A program made the position numbers and the translations under genes. From NCBI GenBank assembly GCA_039587215.1, contig JBDHIW010000002.1, forward strand, positions 8,546 through 64,550: 56,005 nucleotides of DNA, in the 5' to 3' direction. This document shows, one piece after another, positions 20,444-29,876 of this stretch. The notes below the pieces were generated by a model. The model saw only the letters and a list, made by a program, of their open reading frames with translations. It was not told the DNA's origin and did not search any database. Origin of the DNA: Gemmatimonadota bacterium (lineage in GTDB: Bacteria; Gemmatimonadota; Gemmatimonadetes; Gemmatimonadales; GWC2-71-9). Every line of letters starts with the position of its first letter. The first letter of the stretch is position 1.

Positions 20444-22101
20444 CCGGCGTCCTCGAGTTCGGTCCGAAAGCGCAACATCTCGTCGACCTGCTGTGCGTAC
20501 ACCTCGAGTTCCGCGGCGCGGCGTGCCGCGTCCCACCCTGCCTCGTCCGCGACGGCGTCCACGACCGCCTCGGCGACCTCCAGTCCGTGCTCCGGCGCCT
20601 CGTAGAACACTGGGGTCCGACGGATCAGGAGGTCGCCGAGCGTGAGGGCCATCTCGCGACGAAGCGCATGGATGAGCTGCGCCCAGATGACGGGGAGCCC
20701 GGCGACCACGGGGCGCTGGAGTTGGGGCTCCGATTTGGCGAGTCGCACGACCGCCGGCGTCTCGCTGCCGTAGCACTCCACGAGGTGCTCGGCGATCGCC
20801 CGCGGCATGCCGTCGTCGGTCGCCCCGCTCACGAGGACGTCCAGTTCCCTGGTCTCGCCGCCGGGAAGCGGCTCCTCGGCCGTGGGGGCGCGGGCCGGCA
20901 CGGGCCGGCCGTCGAGCTCGTGGAGCCGCCGGGCCACGACATCGGTCACGTCCGCGGCCATCACCCGGAAGGTCGTGAGCTTGCCACCCACGATGGACAC
21001 GAGTCCGCTCGGATGCTCCAGGACCTGGTGTTCGCGCGAGACGGATCCCGGCTGGCCGACGTCGCCGGACCGAGCCAGCGGGCGAATTCCCGCCCACGTC
21101 GCCTGGACGTCGTCGGGCCCGAGGCGCGCCTCCGGGAAGAAGGCGTTGGCCGACCGCAGGAGATAGATGACGTCGTCTCCCGAGGCGTAGGCCGCATCGG
21201 GATCGATCTGGTCGGTCGTCTCTGTCGTGCCGATGTAGCTGAAGTCGCCGAGCGGCACGATGAAGACGACGCGCCCGTCGATCGGCGACGTGAGGGTCAG
21301 CGCTTCGTTGTTGCCGAGCCGCCACCGAGGCACGATGACGTGCGCGCCCTTGCTGAGGCACAGGACGGGCTGGTCGGTCTCCTGCCGGAACGCGTCGGAC
21401 CACGGCCCCGTGGCGTTCACCACCACGGCGGCGCGAAGCAGTGCCTCCTCGCCGGTCACCAGGTCGGTGACATGGGCCCCGCCGACGCGGCCGTCCGCAA
21501 CCGCCAGACGGTCCACGCGCACGTAGTTGGCGGCAAGGGCGCCGTACCGGTGCGCGTCCCGGACGTTGGCGAGCGTGAGCCGGGCATCGTCGCACTGCGC
21601 ATCGTAGTACCGTCCCCCTCCACGCAGACCGCCCGACCGGAGGCTGGGTTCGGCCCGTCTGAGGGCCCGCTTGCCGAGCAACTCATGCGAGCGCACATTC
21701 CGGAAGACGGCCAGGAGGTCGTACAGCCACAGGCCGGCCGCGAGCTTCCACAGCGGGACTCGCGCGCCGCGATGGACCGGGACCAGGAAGGACCGCGGTC
21801 GGACGAGGTGGGGCGCGATCCGCAGCAGGGTTCGGCGCTCCCGGCTGGCCTCGAACACGAGACGGAGACGTCCGTGTTCCAGGTAGCGCAGGCCGCCGTG
21901 GATCAGCCGCGAGGAGCGGGAGCTGGTCCCGGAGCCGAAGTCGCCCTTGTCGACGAGGGCGGTACGGAACCCGCGCATGGCGGCGTCCCGTGCGATGCCG
22001 GCGCCGGTGATGCCGCCGCCGACAACAAGGAGGTCGACCGGAGCGGCCGCGGCATCTGCCAGCGCGTCGGTGCGGGTCGAAGCGGAAAAAGGAGCGTCCA
22101 C
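20440..22101 (-). CDS. glpD: FAD-dependent glycerol-3-phosphate dehydrogenase
   Basis: [52 protein letters not shown]; probable GTG start at 22101. Confidence 0.92.
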   Translation of the reverse strand: MDAPFSASTRTDALADAAAAPVDLLVVGGGITGAGIARDAAMRGFRTALVDKGDFGSGTSSRSSRLIHGGLRYLEHGRLRLVFEASRERRTLLRIAPHLVRPRSFLVPVHRGARVPLWKLAAGLWLYDLLAVFRNVRSHELLGKRALRRAEPSLRSGGLRGGGRYYDAQCDDARLTLANVRDAHRYGALAANYVRVDRLAVADGRVGGAHVTDLVTGEEALLRAAVVVNATGPWSDAFRQETDQPVLCLSKGAHVIVPRWRLGNNEALTLTSPIDGRVVFIVPLGDFSYIGTTETTDQIDPDAAYASGDDVIYLLRSANAFFPEARLGPDDVQATWAGIRPLARSGDVGQPGSVSREHQVLEHPSGLVSIVGGKLTTFRVMAADVTDVVARRLHELDGRPVPARAPTAEEPLPGGETRELDVLVSGATDDGMPRAIAEHLVECYGSETPAVVRLAKSEPQLQRPVVAGLPVIWAQLIHALRREMALTLGDLLIRRTPVFYEAPEHGLEVAEAVVDAVADEAGWDAARRAAELEVYAQQVDEMLRFRTELEDAG

Positions 22102-22105
22102 GACG

Positions 22106-22648
22106 GTGTCAGCCCCCGAACAGCAGGAAGTTCCGAGCACCTGGTTCCAGTGGCATGCTGGAATCATCGCTCCCGGCATGCGTGTGCTGGACATCGCGTG
22201 CGGGTCCGGCCGGCACGCGGTGGCAGCCGCCGAGCGTGGAGCGCAGGTGATTGGTATCGATACCGACACGGCTCAACTGGAAGAGGCGGGCCGTGCCGCG
22301 GCCAAGGCGCGGGTGTCGGTCGACTGGCAGCAGAAGAACCTCGAGCGCGACGGGCTGCCCGACGGCCCCTTCGACCTCGTGATGATGTTCAACTACCTCG
22401 ACCGCGAACGCCTTCCCGCGTTCCTCGCGTCGGTGCGCCCCGGCGGGTTCTTTCTTGCCGAGACCTTCACCGAGCAGCAACGGGAACTGGGGTGGGGGCC
22501 GACGTCCGATGCGCATCTCCTCAAGCCGTGCGAGCTGTGGTCGTTGGTCGAGCCGTATGAAATCGTCCTGGCTCGTGAGGTCCTCGAGATGCTCGACGGG
22601 CGACCGATGGCCGTCGGCAGCGTGCTCGCGCGACGCCCAGCCTCGTAA
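22106..22648 (+). CDS. Class I SAM-dependent methyltransferase (TehB-like)
   Basis: VLDIACGSGRH, FDLV, NYLDR, RPGG; GTG start with AAGGAG 11 nt upstream. Confidence 0.85.
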   Translation: MSAPEQQEVPSTWFQWHAGIIAPGMRVLDIACGSGRHAVAAAERGAQVIGIDTDTAQLEEAGRAAAKARVSVDWQQKNLERDGLPDGPFDLVMMFNYLDRERLPAFLASVRPGGFFLAETFTEQQRELGWGPTSDAHLLKPCELWSLVEPYEIVLAREVLEMLDGRPMAVGSVLARRPAS

Positions 22649-22718
22649 CGTCTTTCCCCGGTATCCGCGCGTGAGTTGATCCTAGCAGGTGCGGCGGGCA
22701 CCGGCTAGCTTTCGCTCG

Positions 22719-24011
22719 ATGGTGGGCACTTCGGTGGGGCGGCGGGTCGCCGTCGTCGGGGGGTGTCGTACCCCGTTTTGTAAGGCCGGCACGGCGTTGA
22801 AGGACGTTGCGGCGGTCGATCTCGCGCGTCAGGCCGTGGTCGAGTTGGTGCACCGCGCCAATCTGGACGGCACCGACGTCGACGAGATGTACGTCGTCCA
22901 GGTCGTACCGAGCGTACTCGCGCCCAATCTCGCGCGCGAAGTCAGTCTGCTCCCGCAGTTCCCCACCCACATCCCTGCAGCGTCGGTGAACCGCGCGTGC
23001 GCCTCGGCAAACTCTGCGATTGCCATCGGGAACGATCAGATCGCTGCCGGACGCGCCAACGTGGTGATCGCCGGCGGCGCAGAGAGCCTCTCCGACATCC
23101 CCGTCCTGCACTCCCGCCGGTTCGCGGACCTGCTCGTGGCATTGAGCAGGGCGAAGACCCTGGGTCAGCGCCTCCGGCTCGTGAGCGGGTTCCGTCCGAG
23201 AGACCTCACGCCCGTGGCACCGGCCATCGCGGAGCCGTCGACAGGCGAGACGATGGGGCAGTCGGCGGAGAAGATGGCGAAGATGAACGGCATCGCCCGC
23301 GAGGAGCAGGACAAGTTCGCGCTGCGGAGCCACCGTCTGGCGCACGCCGGGGCCGAGGACGGACGGCTCACCGCCGAAATCGCCCCCGTGTTCCCCGCTC
23401 GCGGGGAGCCCGTCACCCGCGACAACGGGGTGCGATCCGACTCCACGCTGGAGCAGATGGCAAAGCTGCGACCGGTGTTCGACCGGAAGTACGGATCGGT
23501 GACGGCGGGCAACGCGTCGCCGCTCACCGACGGCGGGGCGGCGGTACTGCTCATGGGCGAAGACACGGCGGCGGCGCTCGGCTACGAGCCCATCGCGTTC
23601 ATTCGATCGTACGCGGTGGCCGCTCTGGATCCCGGCGACCAGCTCCTGATGGGACCCGCCTTCGCTGTGCCGGTCGCCCTCGATCGGGCGGGCATTCCCT
23701 GGTCGGAGTTGGGGCTCGTCGAGATGCACGAAGCGTTCGCGTCCCAGGTGCTTTCCAACATTCAGGCGTTCGAGTCGCGCGCGTGGGCCGAGGAGCGGCT
23801 GGGCCGCAGCGAGCCCGTCGGCGAGGTCGACTGGAACACCCTGAACGTGATGGGCGGCTCGATCGCGATCGGTCACCCTTTCGGCGCCACCGGCGCGAGG
23901 ATCACGCTGACGCTCGCCAACGAGATGCGGCGTCGCGACGTGCAGTTCGGTCTCATCTCGGTCTGTGCCCAAGGGGGCATGGGCTTCGCCATGGTACTGG
24001 AGCGACGATGA
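22719..24011 (+). CDS. fadI: 3-ketoacyl-CoA thiolase (FadI-type)
   Basis: RTPF, NRACAS (Cys), GNASPLTDG, HEAFA, GHPFGATG, CAQGG; coupled to the fadJ-like gene. Confidence 0.9.
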   Translation: MVGTSVGRRVAVVGGCRTPFCKAGTALKDVAAVDLARQAVVELVHRANLDGTDVDEMYVVQVVPSVLAPNLAREVSLLPQFPTHIPAASVNRACASANSAIAIGNDQIAAGRANVVIAGGAESLSDIPVLHSRRFADLLVALSRAKTLGQRLRLVSGFRPRDLTPVAPAIAEPSTGETMGQSAEKMAKMNGIAREEQDKFALRSHRLAHAGAEDGRLTAEIAPVFPARGEPVTRDNGVRSDSTLEQMAKLRPVFDRKYGSVTAGNASPLTDGGAAVLLMGEDTAAALGYEPIAFIRSYAVAALDPGDQLLMGPAFAVPVALDRAGIPWSELGLVEMHEAFASQVLSNIQAFESRAWAEERLGRSEPVGEVDWNTLNVMGGSIAIGHPFGATGARITLTLANEMRRRDVQFGLISVCAQGGMGFAMVLERR

Positions 24012-26143
24012 GCGACCGCGCACTGACGGTCGACATCGTCGACGGCATTGCCAAGGTCGTACTCGACCTTCCCGGTGCGGCGGTCAACACGATCAACCGG
24101 TCGGTGCGGGATGAACTGGACGCGCTGCTCGACCAGCTCGCGTCGGACGACGGGATCCAGGCGGCCGTGCTGCTGTCGGGCAAGCCGGGCTCGTTCATCG
24201 CGGGTGCGGACATCGACGAGTTCGTCGCGCTGCGGTCCCGCGACGCCGCCTATCAGCTCGTGCGCGACGGCCAGCGGCTCGTGAACCGTATTGCCGAGTC
24301 TCGCACGCCCGTGGTCGCGGCGATCCACGGCGTCTGTCTCGGCGGCGGGTTCGAGGCGGCGCTCGCATGCGCCTACCGGGTGGCCACGGAAGATCGATCG
24401 ACCAAGATCGGCCTGCCCGAAGTCCAGATCGGTATCCTCCCCGCCGCGGGCGGCTGCCAGCGTCTGCCGCGCCTCGTCGGCGTGTCGGCCGCACTCGACA
24501 TGATCCTCGCGGGGAAGCAGCTGCCGGCCAAGCGGGCGTTCCGAGCCGGAATGGTGGACGAGCTCGTGCACCCGGCGGTGCTGGAGCGTGTCGCCATGGA
24601 GGCCGCGCGCAAGCTTGCGGGCGGGTGGCGGCCCAAGCGACGCTCCCGCTCGCTGCGCGGTGCGATGATCGACGGCACGTCGGTCGGCCGCCGCGTTGCG
24701 TACTCCGTGAGTCGGAAGGCGGTGGCCAAGAAGACGGGCGGACACTACCCCGCTCCGTTGGCCGCCCTCCACGCCGTGGAGCACGGGATGACGTACGGCA
24801 TGGAGAAGGGTCTCGAGGTCGAGGCGAGTTACTTCGCGGAGCTTGCCGTGGGCGATGTATCGCGCCGACTGGTCGAGATCTTTTTCGCGACAACCGCGCT
24901 CAAGAAGGACCCCGGTGTGCCCGCTCCGTCCCCGGACCCGCGTCCGGTTCGGAACCTTGGTATCGTCGGATCGGGGTTCATGGGGGCGGGTATCGGTGGC
25001 GTCGCCGTGACGCACGCCGGCGTCGACGTACGGTTTCAGGATACGGACCTCGAGCGGGTGGGCGCGGGGCTCGCCAACGCGCAGGGCATCGTGCAGGAGC
25101 GACTCAAGCGGCGACGCATCACGAAGCACGACGCGCGTCGACTCCTGAGTCTGCTGTCCGGAGGAACCGACTGGCAGGGATTCGGCCGGGCGGATCTCGT
25201 CGTCGAGGCCGTTTTCGAGGACCTCGCGGTCAAACACGACGTCGTCCGCCAACTCGAGGCGTGCGTCCGAGACGACTGCATCATTGCGTCGAACACCAGC
25301 ACGATCCCGATCCGCTCGATTGCCGAGGTCGCGACGCATCCGGGGCGGCTCGTGGGCATGCACTTCTTCTCGCCCGTCCACAAGATGCCGCTGCTGGAGG
25401 TCATCGTGACCGAGACGACGGAGCCGTGGGTCACGGTGTCGGCGGTTGCGTTCGGCCGGAAGATGGGCAAGACCGTGATCGTGGTGGGCGACCACCCCGG
25501 CTTCTGGGTCAACCGCATCCTCGCCCCCTACCTCAACGAGGCCGGCCGTCTCCTCGCCGAGGGTGAGTCGGTCGAGTCGATCGACCGTGCAATGACGAAG
25601 TGGGGCTTTCCCGTCGGTCCGATCACCCTCTTGGACGAGGTGGGGCTCGACGTGGCGCACAAGGCGTCGCACGTGCTGCAGCAGGCGTTCGGCGATCGCC
25701 TGAGCCCGATGCCCGGTCTCACCCGGATGACGTCGGAAGGGCGCCTCGGGCGGAAGACCGGCCGCGGGTTCTACCGCTACGAAGGCGGCAAGAAGCGCGC
25801 AGTCGATCTTGCGATCTACGAGATCATCAACGCGCCGTCGGAATCGACGGTACCGAAAGAGGACGTCACCCGTCGACTGGTGTACGCGATGCTCAACGAG
25901 TCCGCACGCGCGGTGGATGAAGGGGTCGTGCGGTCGCCGCGCGACGGCGACATCGGCGCCGTGTTCGGCATCGGATTCCCGCCGTTCCGCGGCGGACCGC
26001 TCAGGTATCTGGACGCCCACGGTGCGGCCGCGGCCGTCGAGACGCTGCGCACGCTCGCCGAGAAGTACGGAGACCGCTTCGAGCCGGCACCGCGACTCCT
26101 GCGGATGGCCGAGGACGACGCGCCATTCTACCCGACGACCTGA
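24008..26143 (+). CDS. fadJ: Fatty acid oxidation complex alpha subunit (enoyl-CoA hydratase/3-hydroxyacyl-CoA dehydrogenase)
   Basis: FIAGADI, CLGGGFE, GLPEVQIG, GSGFMGAG, EAVFED, SNTSTI, MHFFSPV, GFPPFRGG. Confidence 0.92.
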   Translation: MSDRALTVDIVDGIAKVVLDLPGAAVNTINRSVRDELDALLDQLASDDGIQAAVLLSGKPGSFIAGADIDEFVALRSRDAAYQLVRDGQRLVNRIAESRTPVVAAIHGVCLGGGFEAALACAYRVATEDRSTKIGLPEVQIGILPAAGGCQRLPRLVGVSAALDMILAGKQLPAKRAFRAGMVDELVHPAVLERVAMEAARKLAGGWRPKRRSRSLRGAMIDGTSVGRRVAYSVSRKAVAKKTGGHYPAPLAALHAVEHGMTYGMEKGLEVEASYFAELAVGDVSRRLVEIFFATTALKKDPGVPAPSPDPRPVRNLGIVGSGFMGAGIGGVAVTHAGVDVRFQDTDLERVGAGLANAQGIVQERLKRRRITKHDARRLLSLLSGGTDWQGFGRADLVVEAVFEDLAVKHDVVRQLEACVRDDCIIASNTSTIPIRSIAEVATHPGRLVGMHFFSPVHKMPLLEVIVTETTEPWVTVSAVAFGRKMGKTVIVVGDHPGFWVNRILAPYLNEAGRLLAEGESVESIDRAMTKWGFPVGPITLLDEVGLDVAHKASHVLQQAFGDRLSPMPGLTRMTSEGRLGRKTGRGFYRYEGGKKRAVDLAIYEIINAPSESTVPKEDVTRRLVYAMLNESARAVDEGVVRSPRDGDIGAVFGIGFPPFRGGPLRYLDAHGAAAAVETLRTLAEKYGDRFEPAPRLLRMAEDDAPFYPTT

Positions 26144-26148
26144 CCTGA

Positions 26149-27081
26149 ATGCTGCGCCGCACCTTTCTGTGGCTCTCCGAGCAGCCGGAAGTCTTCGCGT
26201 TCCTGAAGCGGAACCGTGCGGGGCGGAGTGTCGCCTCGCGCTTCGTCGCGGGGGAGACCATCGAATCAGCGATCGCGGTCGCCCGGGAGTTGAACACGCG
26301 GGGGATCTCGGTGAGCCTGGACCTCCTGGGCGAGAGTGTCTCGAACGAGGCGGAGGCCGCCGGAGCGCGAGACGAGGTGGTCGCGACGCTGGACGCTATC
26401 GCTGCAGCGGGCGTCGAGGGAAACGTCTCGGTGAAGCTGACGCAACTGGGGCTGGACATCGACCGCGCGCTGTGCCGGCAGAACATGCAGACCGTCCTCG
26501 CGCGCGCCCAGGCCCTGGGCATCTTCGTGCGCATGGACATGGAGAGCTCCGACTACACCGCGCGGACGCTGGCGCTGTTCCTCGATGACCTCGAGCCCGA
26601 GTACCACGACCTCACGGGGGTGGTGATTCAGAGCTACCTGCGCCGGTCGAGTGACGACATCGAGAGTCTCATCGGTCGCCGGGCGCGCGTGCGGCTGTGC
26701 AAGGGGGCGTATGCCGAGCCCGACACGGTCGCCTTCCAGGAGAAGGCCGACGTTGACGGCGCGTTCGTGCGCTTGATGGAACGGCTCCTCACCGACGGGA
26801 ACTACCCGGCGATCGCGACGCACGACGAACGCCTCATCGACCGCGCCGTGGCGTTCGTACGGGAGCACGGGATTCCGCCGGAGCGTTTCGAGTTTCAGAT
26901 GCTCTACGGCGTCCGCCGCGACCTGCAGGACGCGCTGCGAGCCGACGGCTTCAACGTGCGGGTCTACGTCCCGTTCGGGACGGCGTGGTACCCCTACCTC
27001 ATGCGCCGACTCGCCGAGCGGCCGGCCAACGTGGCGTTCATGGCTGGGAGCGTGATGCGCGAGCTCGTCTCCGCCCGGTGA
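26149..27081 (+). CDS. Monofunctional proline dehydrogenase
   Basis: RFVAGE, DLLGE, SVKLTQLG, DME, RLCKGAY, ATHD, FQMLYG, YVPFG, YLMRRLAERP. Confidence 0.93.
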   Translation: MLRRTFLWLSEQPEVFAFLKRNRAGRSVASRFVAGETIESAIAVARELNTRGISVSLDLLGESVSNEAEAAGARDEVVATLDAIAAAGVEGNVSVKLTQLGLDIDRALCRQNMQTVLARAQALGIFVRMDMESSDYTARTLALFLDDLEPEYHDLTGVVIQSYLRRSSDDIESLIGRRARVRLCKGAYAEPDTVAFQEKADVDGAFVRLMERLLTDGNYPAIATHDERLIDRAVAFVREHGIPPERFEFQMLYGVRRDLQDALRADGFNVRVYVPFGTAWYPYLMRRLAERPANVAFMAGSVMRELVSAR

Positions 27082-27401
27082 GCGACGACAGCACCTTCGG
27101 CGGGTACCTCCGTCAGCACGACCGCCCACCCGCCTTCGCCGGCAGCGACGGCCGGTCCTACTCCGTCGAGGTCCTGGTGGACGACAGTCCCGACGCCGAC
27201 GGCCGTTTCGGGGGCAGTGCGCTGTTCGTGCAATGGTCGGAGGCGGGCGACCGACCCACGGGACACGTCGAGTCACCGACGGTGGCACGCGAACCCGAGC
27301 CAGCCGCCGCGCGCGATGCGGTGCTGGCCCTGAGCCTGTACCGGCTCAAGGAGCTCCTCGACGCCGCGATCGCCGCCGAGGCGGAACGGCCGGACTGGTA
27401 G
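27078..27401 (+). CDS. Hypothetical protein
   Basis: GTGA overlap with proline dehydrogenase; 107 aa with genome-typical codons (TFGGYLRQHDRPPAF.GSDG..YSV). Confidence 0.75.
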   Translation: MSDDSTFGGYLRQHDRPPAFAGSDGRSYSVEVLVDDSPDADGRFGGSALFVQWSEAGDRPTGHVESPTVAREPEPAAARDAVLALSLYRLKELLDAAIAAEAERPDW

Positions 27402-27405
27402 CCGC

Positions 27406-28314
27406 ATGATCGGTCGGGTTCTGTCGCGCGGCGGCGGAGTGTACCGGGTGCACATGGATACCGGCATCGTCGACGCGTCACTGCGCGGGCGCTTGAAGCA
27501 CGAGACGGCCTCACGCGTCCTCGTCGGCGATCTCGTACGCGTGGACGTGCACGACGACGGCTCCGTCACGATCGAGGGCGTGGAAGCGCGCCGTACCCTG
27601 CTCCGGCGCCGGACCCCCGGCCGCCGCCGCGCCACGCGCCCGGTGGCTGCGAATGTCGACCAGGTCGTCGTCGTCGGCGCGGCGCGGTCTCCCGATTGGG
27701 ACACGCACACCATCGACCGGTTCATCGCGGTCGCCTCGGCGAGCGAACTCCCGACGATCATCGTGATCAACAAGTCCGACCTGGACGACCAGGCGAGCGC
27801 GTACGGCGACGTGTACCGCGCCATCGGGTACGACGTGCACGTCACGAGCGTGACCGCGGAGCTCGGGGTGACAACCCTCCGTGAAAGCCTGCGGGGACAC
27901 ATCTCGCTGCTCACGGGCTCCACGGGCGTCGGCAAGTCGAGTTTGCTCAATGCCGTGCAGCCCGGACTGCAGCTGCGCACATCGGCCGTGAGCGCGCGCG
28001 CAGGCACAGGCCGCCACACCACCGTAGCGGCGGAGATGTATCCCCTCGACGAGGGTGGGTTCGTCGTCGACACGCCCGGACTGCGCGACATCGGCCTCTG
28101 GGGCCTCGCACCCGAAGACGTGAGTGCGGCGTTTCCGGAGATCGCGGCGACGGGCACCGGTTGCCGGTTCGACGATTGCCGGCACGGGGTCGAACCGGAC
28201 TGTGCGGTGGTGTCGGCCGTGACGGAGGGACAGATTGCCTCGTCGCGTCTGACGTCGTTTCGCACGCTGCTGGCCGAAGCCGACGAGGCGTCACGGCCGT
28301 GGCAGGGCCGCTAA
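27406..28314 (+). CDS. rsgA: Ribosome small subunit-dependent GTPase RsgA
   Basis: OB fold, ANVDQ, NKSD, GSTGVGKSSL, GRHTT, DTPG, CRFDDCRH..EPDC zinc finger. Confidence 0.95.
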   Translation: MIGRVLSRGGGVYRVHMDTGIVDASLRGRLKHETASRVLVGDLVRVDVHDDGSVTIEGVEARRTLLRRRTPGRRRATRPVAANVDQVVVVGAARSPDWDTHTIDRFIAVASASELPTIIVINKSDLDDQASAYGDVYRAIGYDVHVTSVTAELGVTTLRESLRGHISLLTGSTGVGKSSLLNAVQPGLQLRTSAVSARAGTGRHTTVAAEMYPLDEGGFVVDTPGLRDIGLWGLAPEDVSAAFPEIAATGTGCRFDDCRHGVEPDCAVVSAVTEGQIASSRLTSFRTLLAEADEASRPWQGR

Positions 28315-28334
28315 CGACCCGCAAGGCAGAGTCT

Positions 28335-29567
28335 ATGACTGCAGAATCCATCCCGTTGGTCGCACCGTTTCGTGGGCTGCGCTACGCTGACGATCAGACG
28401 CTCGACGCGTGTCTGGCACCCCCGTACGACGTCATCGACGGCACCGCACGCGAGCGGTTCGCGGCACACGATCACAACGTCGTGCATTTCATTCTGCCGA
28501 GCGGTGATGACGACCGCTACGAGCGCGCGGCGGCGACGCTTGGAGGCTGGCAGGATGCGGGCGTGGTCGCGCTCGATGCGGAGCCGGCCGTCTACGTCGT
28601 GCAGCAGCGATTCACGACGCCGGACGGCGCGGAGCATGCCCGGACGGGCGTGATCGCCGCGGTGGCCGCCGAGCCCTTCGAGGGCGGCCGGGTCCGGCCG
28701 CACGAGCGGACGCACGCGGGTCCGAAGCGCGATCGCCTTGCCCTGATGGAGGCCAGTCACACGATCTTCGAGTCGTTGTTCATGCTGAGTCGGGATGCGG
28801 ACGGCGCGCTCGCGGCGCGACTGCTTGCCGTGACGGAGACGCCGCCGACGGCGACGGCCCGGCTCGAGGGGGTCGAGATCGCCATGTGGGCCGTGGCCGG
28901 ACCGGAGGGAGAGGCCATCGCCGCGGCGGCGGGGCGAGCGGACCTCTACATTGCCGACGGCCATCACCGGTACGAGACCGCCGTGAGCTTTGCCGCGGAC
29001 CGTCAGGGGGCCGCACGCGTGCCCGCGCTCATCGTGTCGCTCCAGGATCCCGGCCTGGTGGTCCTCGCGACGCACCGGGTGCTCGACGGCGCGCCGATTC
29101 CCGAGGAGGCGATCGAGTCCCTGCGCGATGTGTTCAACATCCGCCAGATCGCCGACCGGCATGCAGCGGCCGACGAGTTGGACGGACTCTTGGACCGGGG
29201 TACGGCCTGCGTCCTCGTGCTCCCCGACGCCACACTGGCGCTGCTGCTCAAACCGGGTGCCAGTTTGGGAGACGTGCCCTTCGCCAACGAGCCGGCTGTA
29301 GCCTCGCTCGACGTCGCCCGGATCGACGCGCTCGTCGTCGACCGCCTGAGTGCCGCCACGGGCGGGACGTCCGTGCGGTACTCCGCGAGTGCGGACGAGG
29401 TGGTCGAAGCGGTCGACCGCGGACACGCGATGGCGGGTGTCTTGTTGCAGCCGACCCGCGTGGACCAGGTGCTCGCGGTGGCGGATGCGCACGCCTTTAT
29501 GCCGCCCAAGTCCACGTATTTCATTCCCAAGGTGCCAAGCGGCCTTGTGGCCATGACCTACGCGTAG
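28335..29567 (+). CDS. DUF1015 family protein
   Basis: PFRGLRY, APPYDVI, PHERT, YIADGHHRYETA, MPPKSTYFIPK.PSGL. Confidence 0.88.
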   Translation: MTAESIPLVAPFRGLRYADDQTLDACLAPPYDVIDGTARERFAAHDHNVVHFILPSGDDDRYERAAATLGGWQDAGVVALDAEPAVYVVQQRFTTPDGAEHARTGVIAAVAAEPFEGGRVRPHERTHAGPKRDRLALMEASHTIFESLFMLSRDADGALAARLLAVTETPPTATARLEGVEIAMWAVAGPEGEAIAAAAGRADLYIADGHHRYETAVSFAADRQGAARVPALIVSLQDPGLVVLATHRVLDGAPIPEEAIESLRDVFNIRQIADRHAAADELDGLLDRGTACVLVLPDATLALLLKPGASLGDVPFANEPAVASLDVARIDALVVDRLSAATGGTSVRYSASADEVVEAVDRGHAMAGVLLQPTRVDQVLAVADAHAFMPPKSTYFIPKVPSGLVAMTYA

Positions 29568-29576
29568 CGAGGTACG

Positions 29577-29825
29577 ATGAGCCCGCGACCGAGAGAGCGT
29601 ATTCTCAACAACCTCGAGGCGATCTACCGCGAGGCGTATGCACGAGCCAAGGAGCTCGAAGACGAGGGTCGGATGGCGGACTTGGACGCGTCGTACCAGC
29701 GGGAGCAGCTCATGCTCGAGGTGCTGCTCGACGTGCGAGACGCCCTGACTAGCCTGCAGCCGTCGAGCACCGACGCGGCGCTCGACAAGGTCAGCGCACT
29801 GCGGAAACTCACGAAGCTGCGATAG
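29577..29825 (+). CDS. Hypothetical small helical protein
   Basis: 82 aa with GAGG SD; fills the gap between DUF1015 and E1; amphipathic helices. Confidence 0.75.
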   Translation: MSPRPRERILNNLEAIYREAYARAKELEDEGRMADLDASYQREQLMLEVLLDVRDALTSLQPSSTDAALDKVSALRKLTKLR

Positions 29826-29876
29826 GCGTTTCCGGCACTGCTGGTTTGCCGGCAGCCGGCCACTATCTTTCACGCC

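Noticed and set aside
19429-22560. Very long alternative-frame or antisense ORFs (1043 aa here; also 14346-16919, 23873-26020, 28311-30251, 6154-7881, 52025-53833)
   Set aside because: Shadow ORFs of well-supported genes in high-GC DNA; Arg/Pro/Gly-rich with no motifs.
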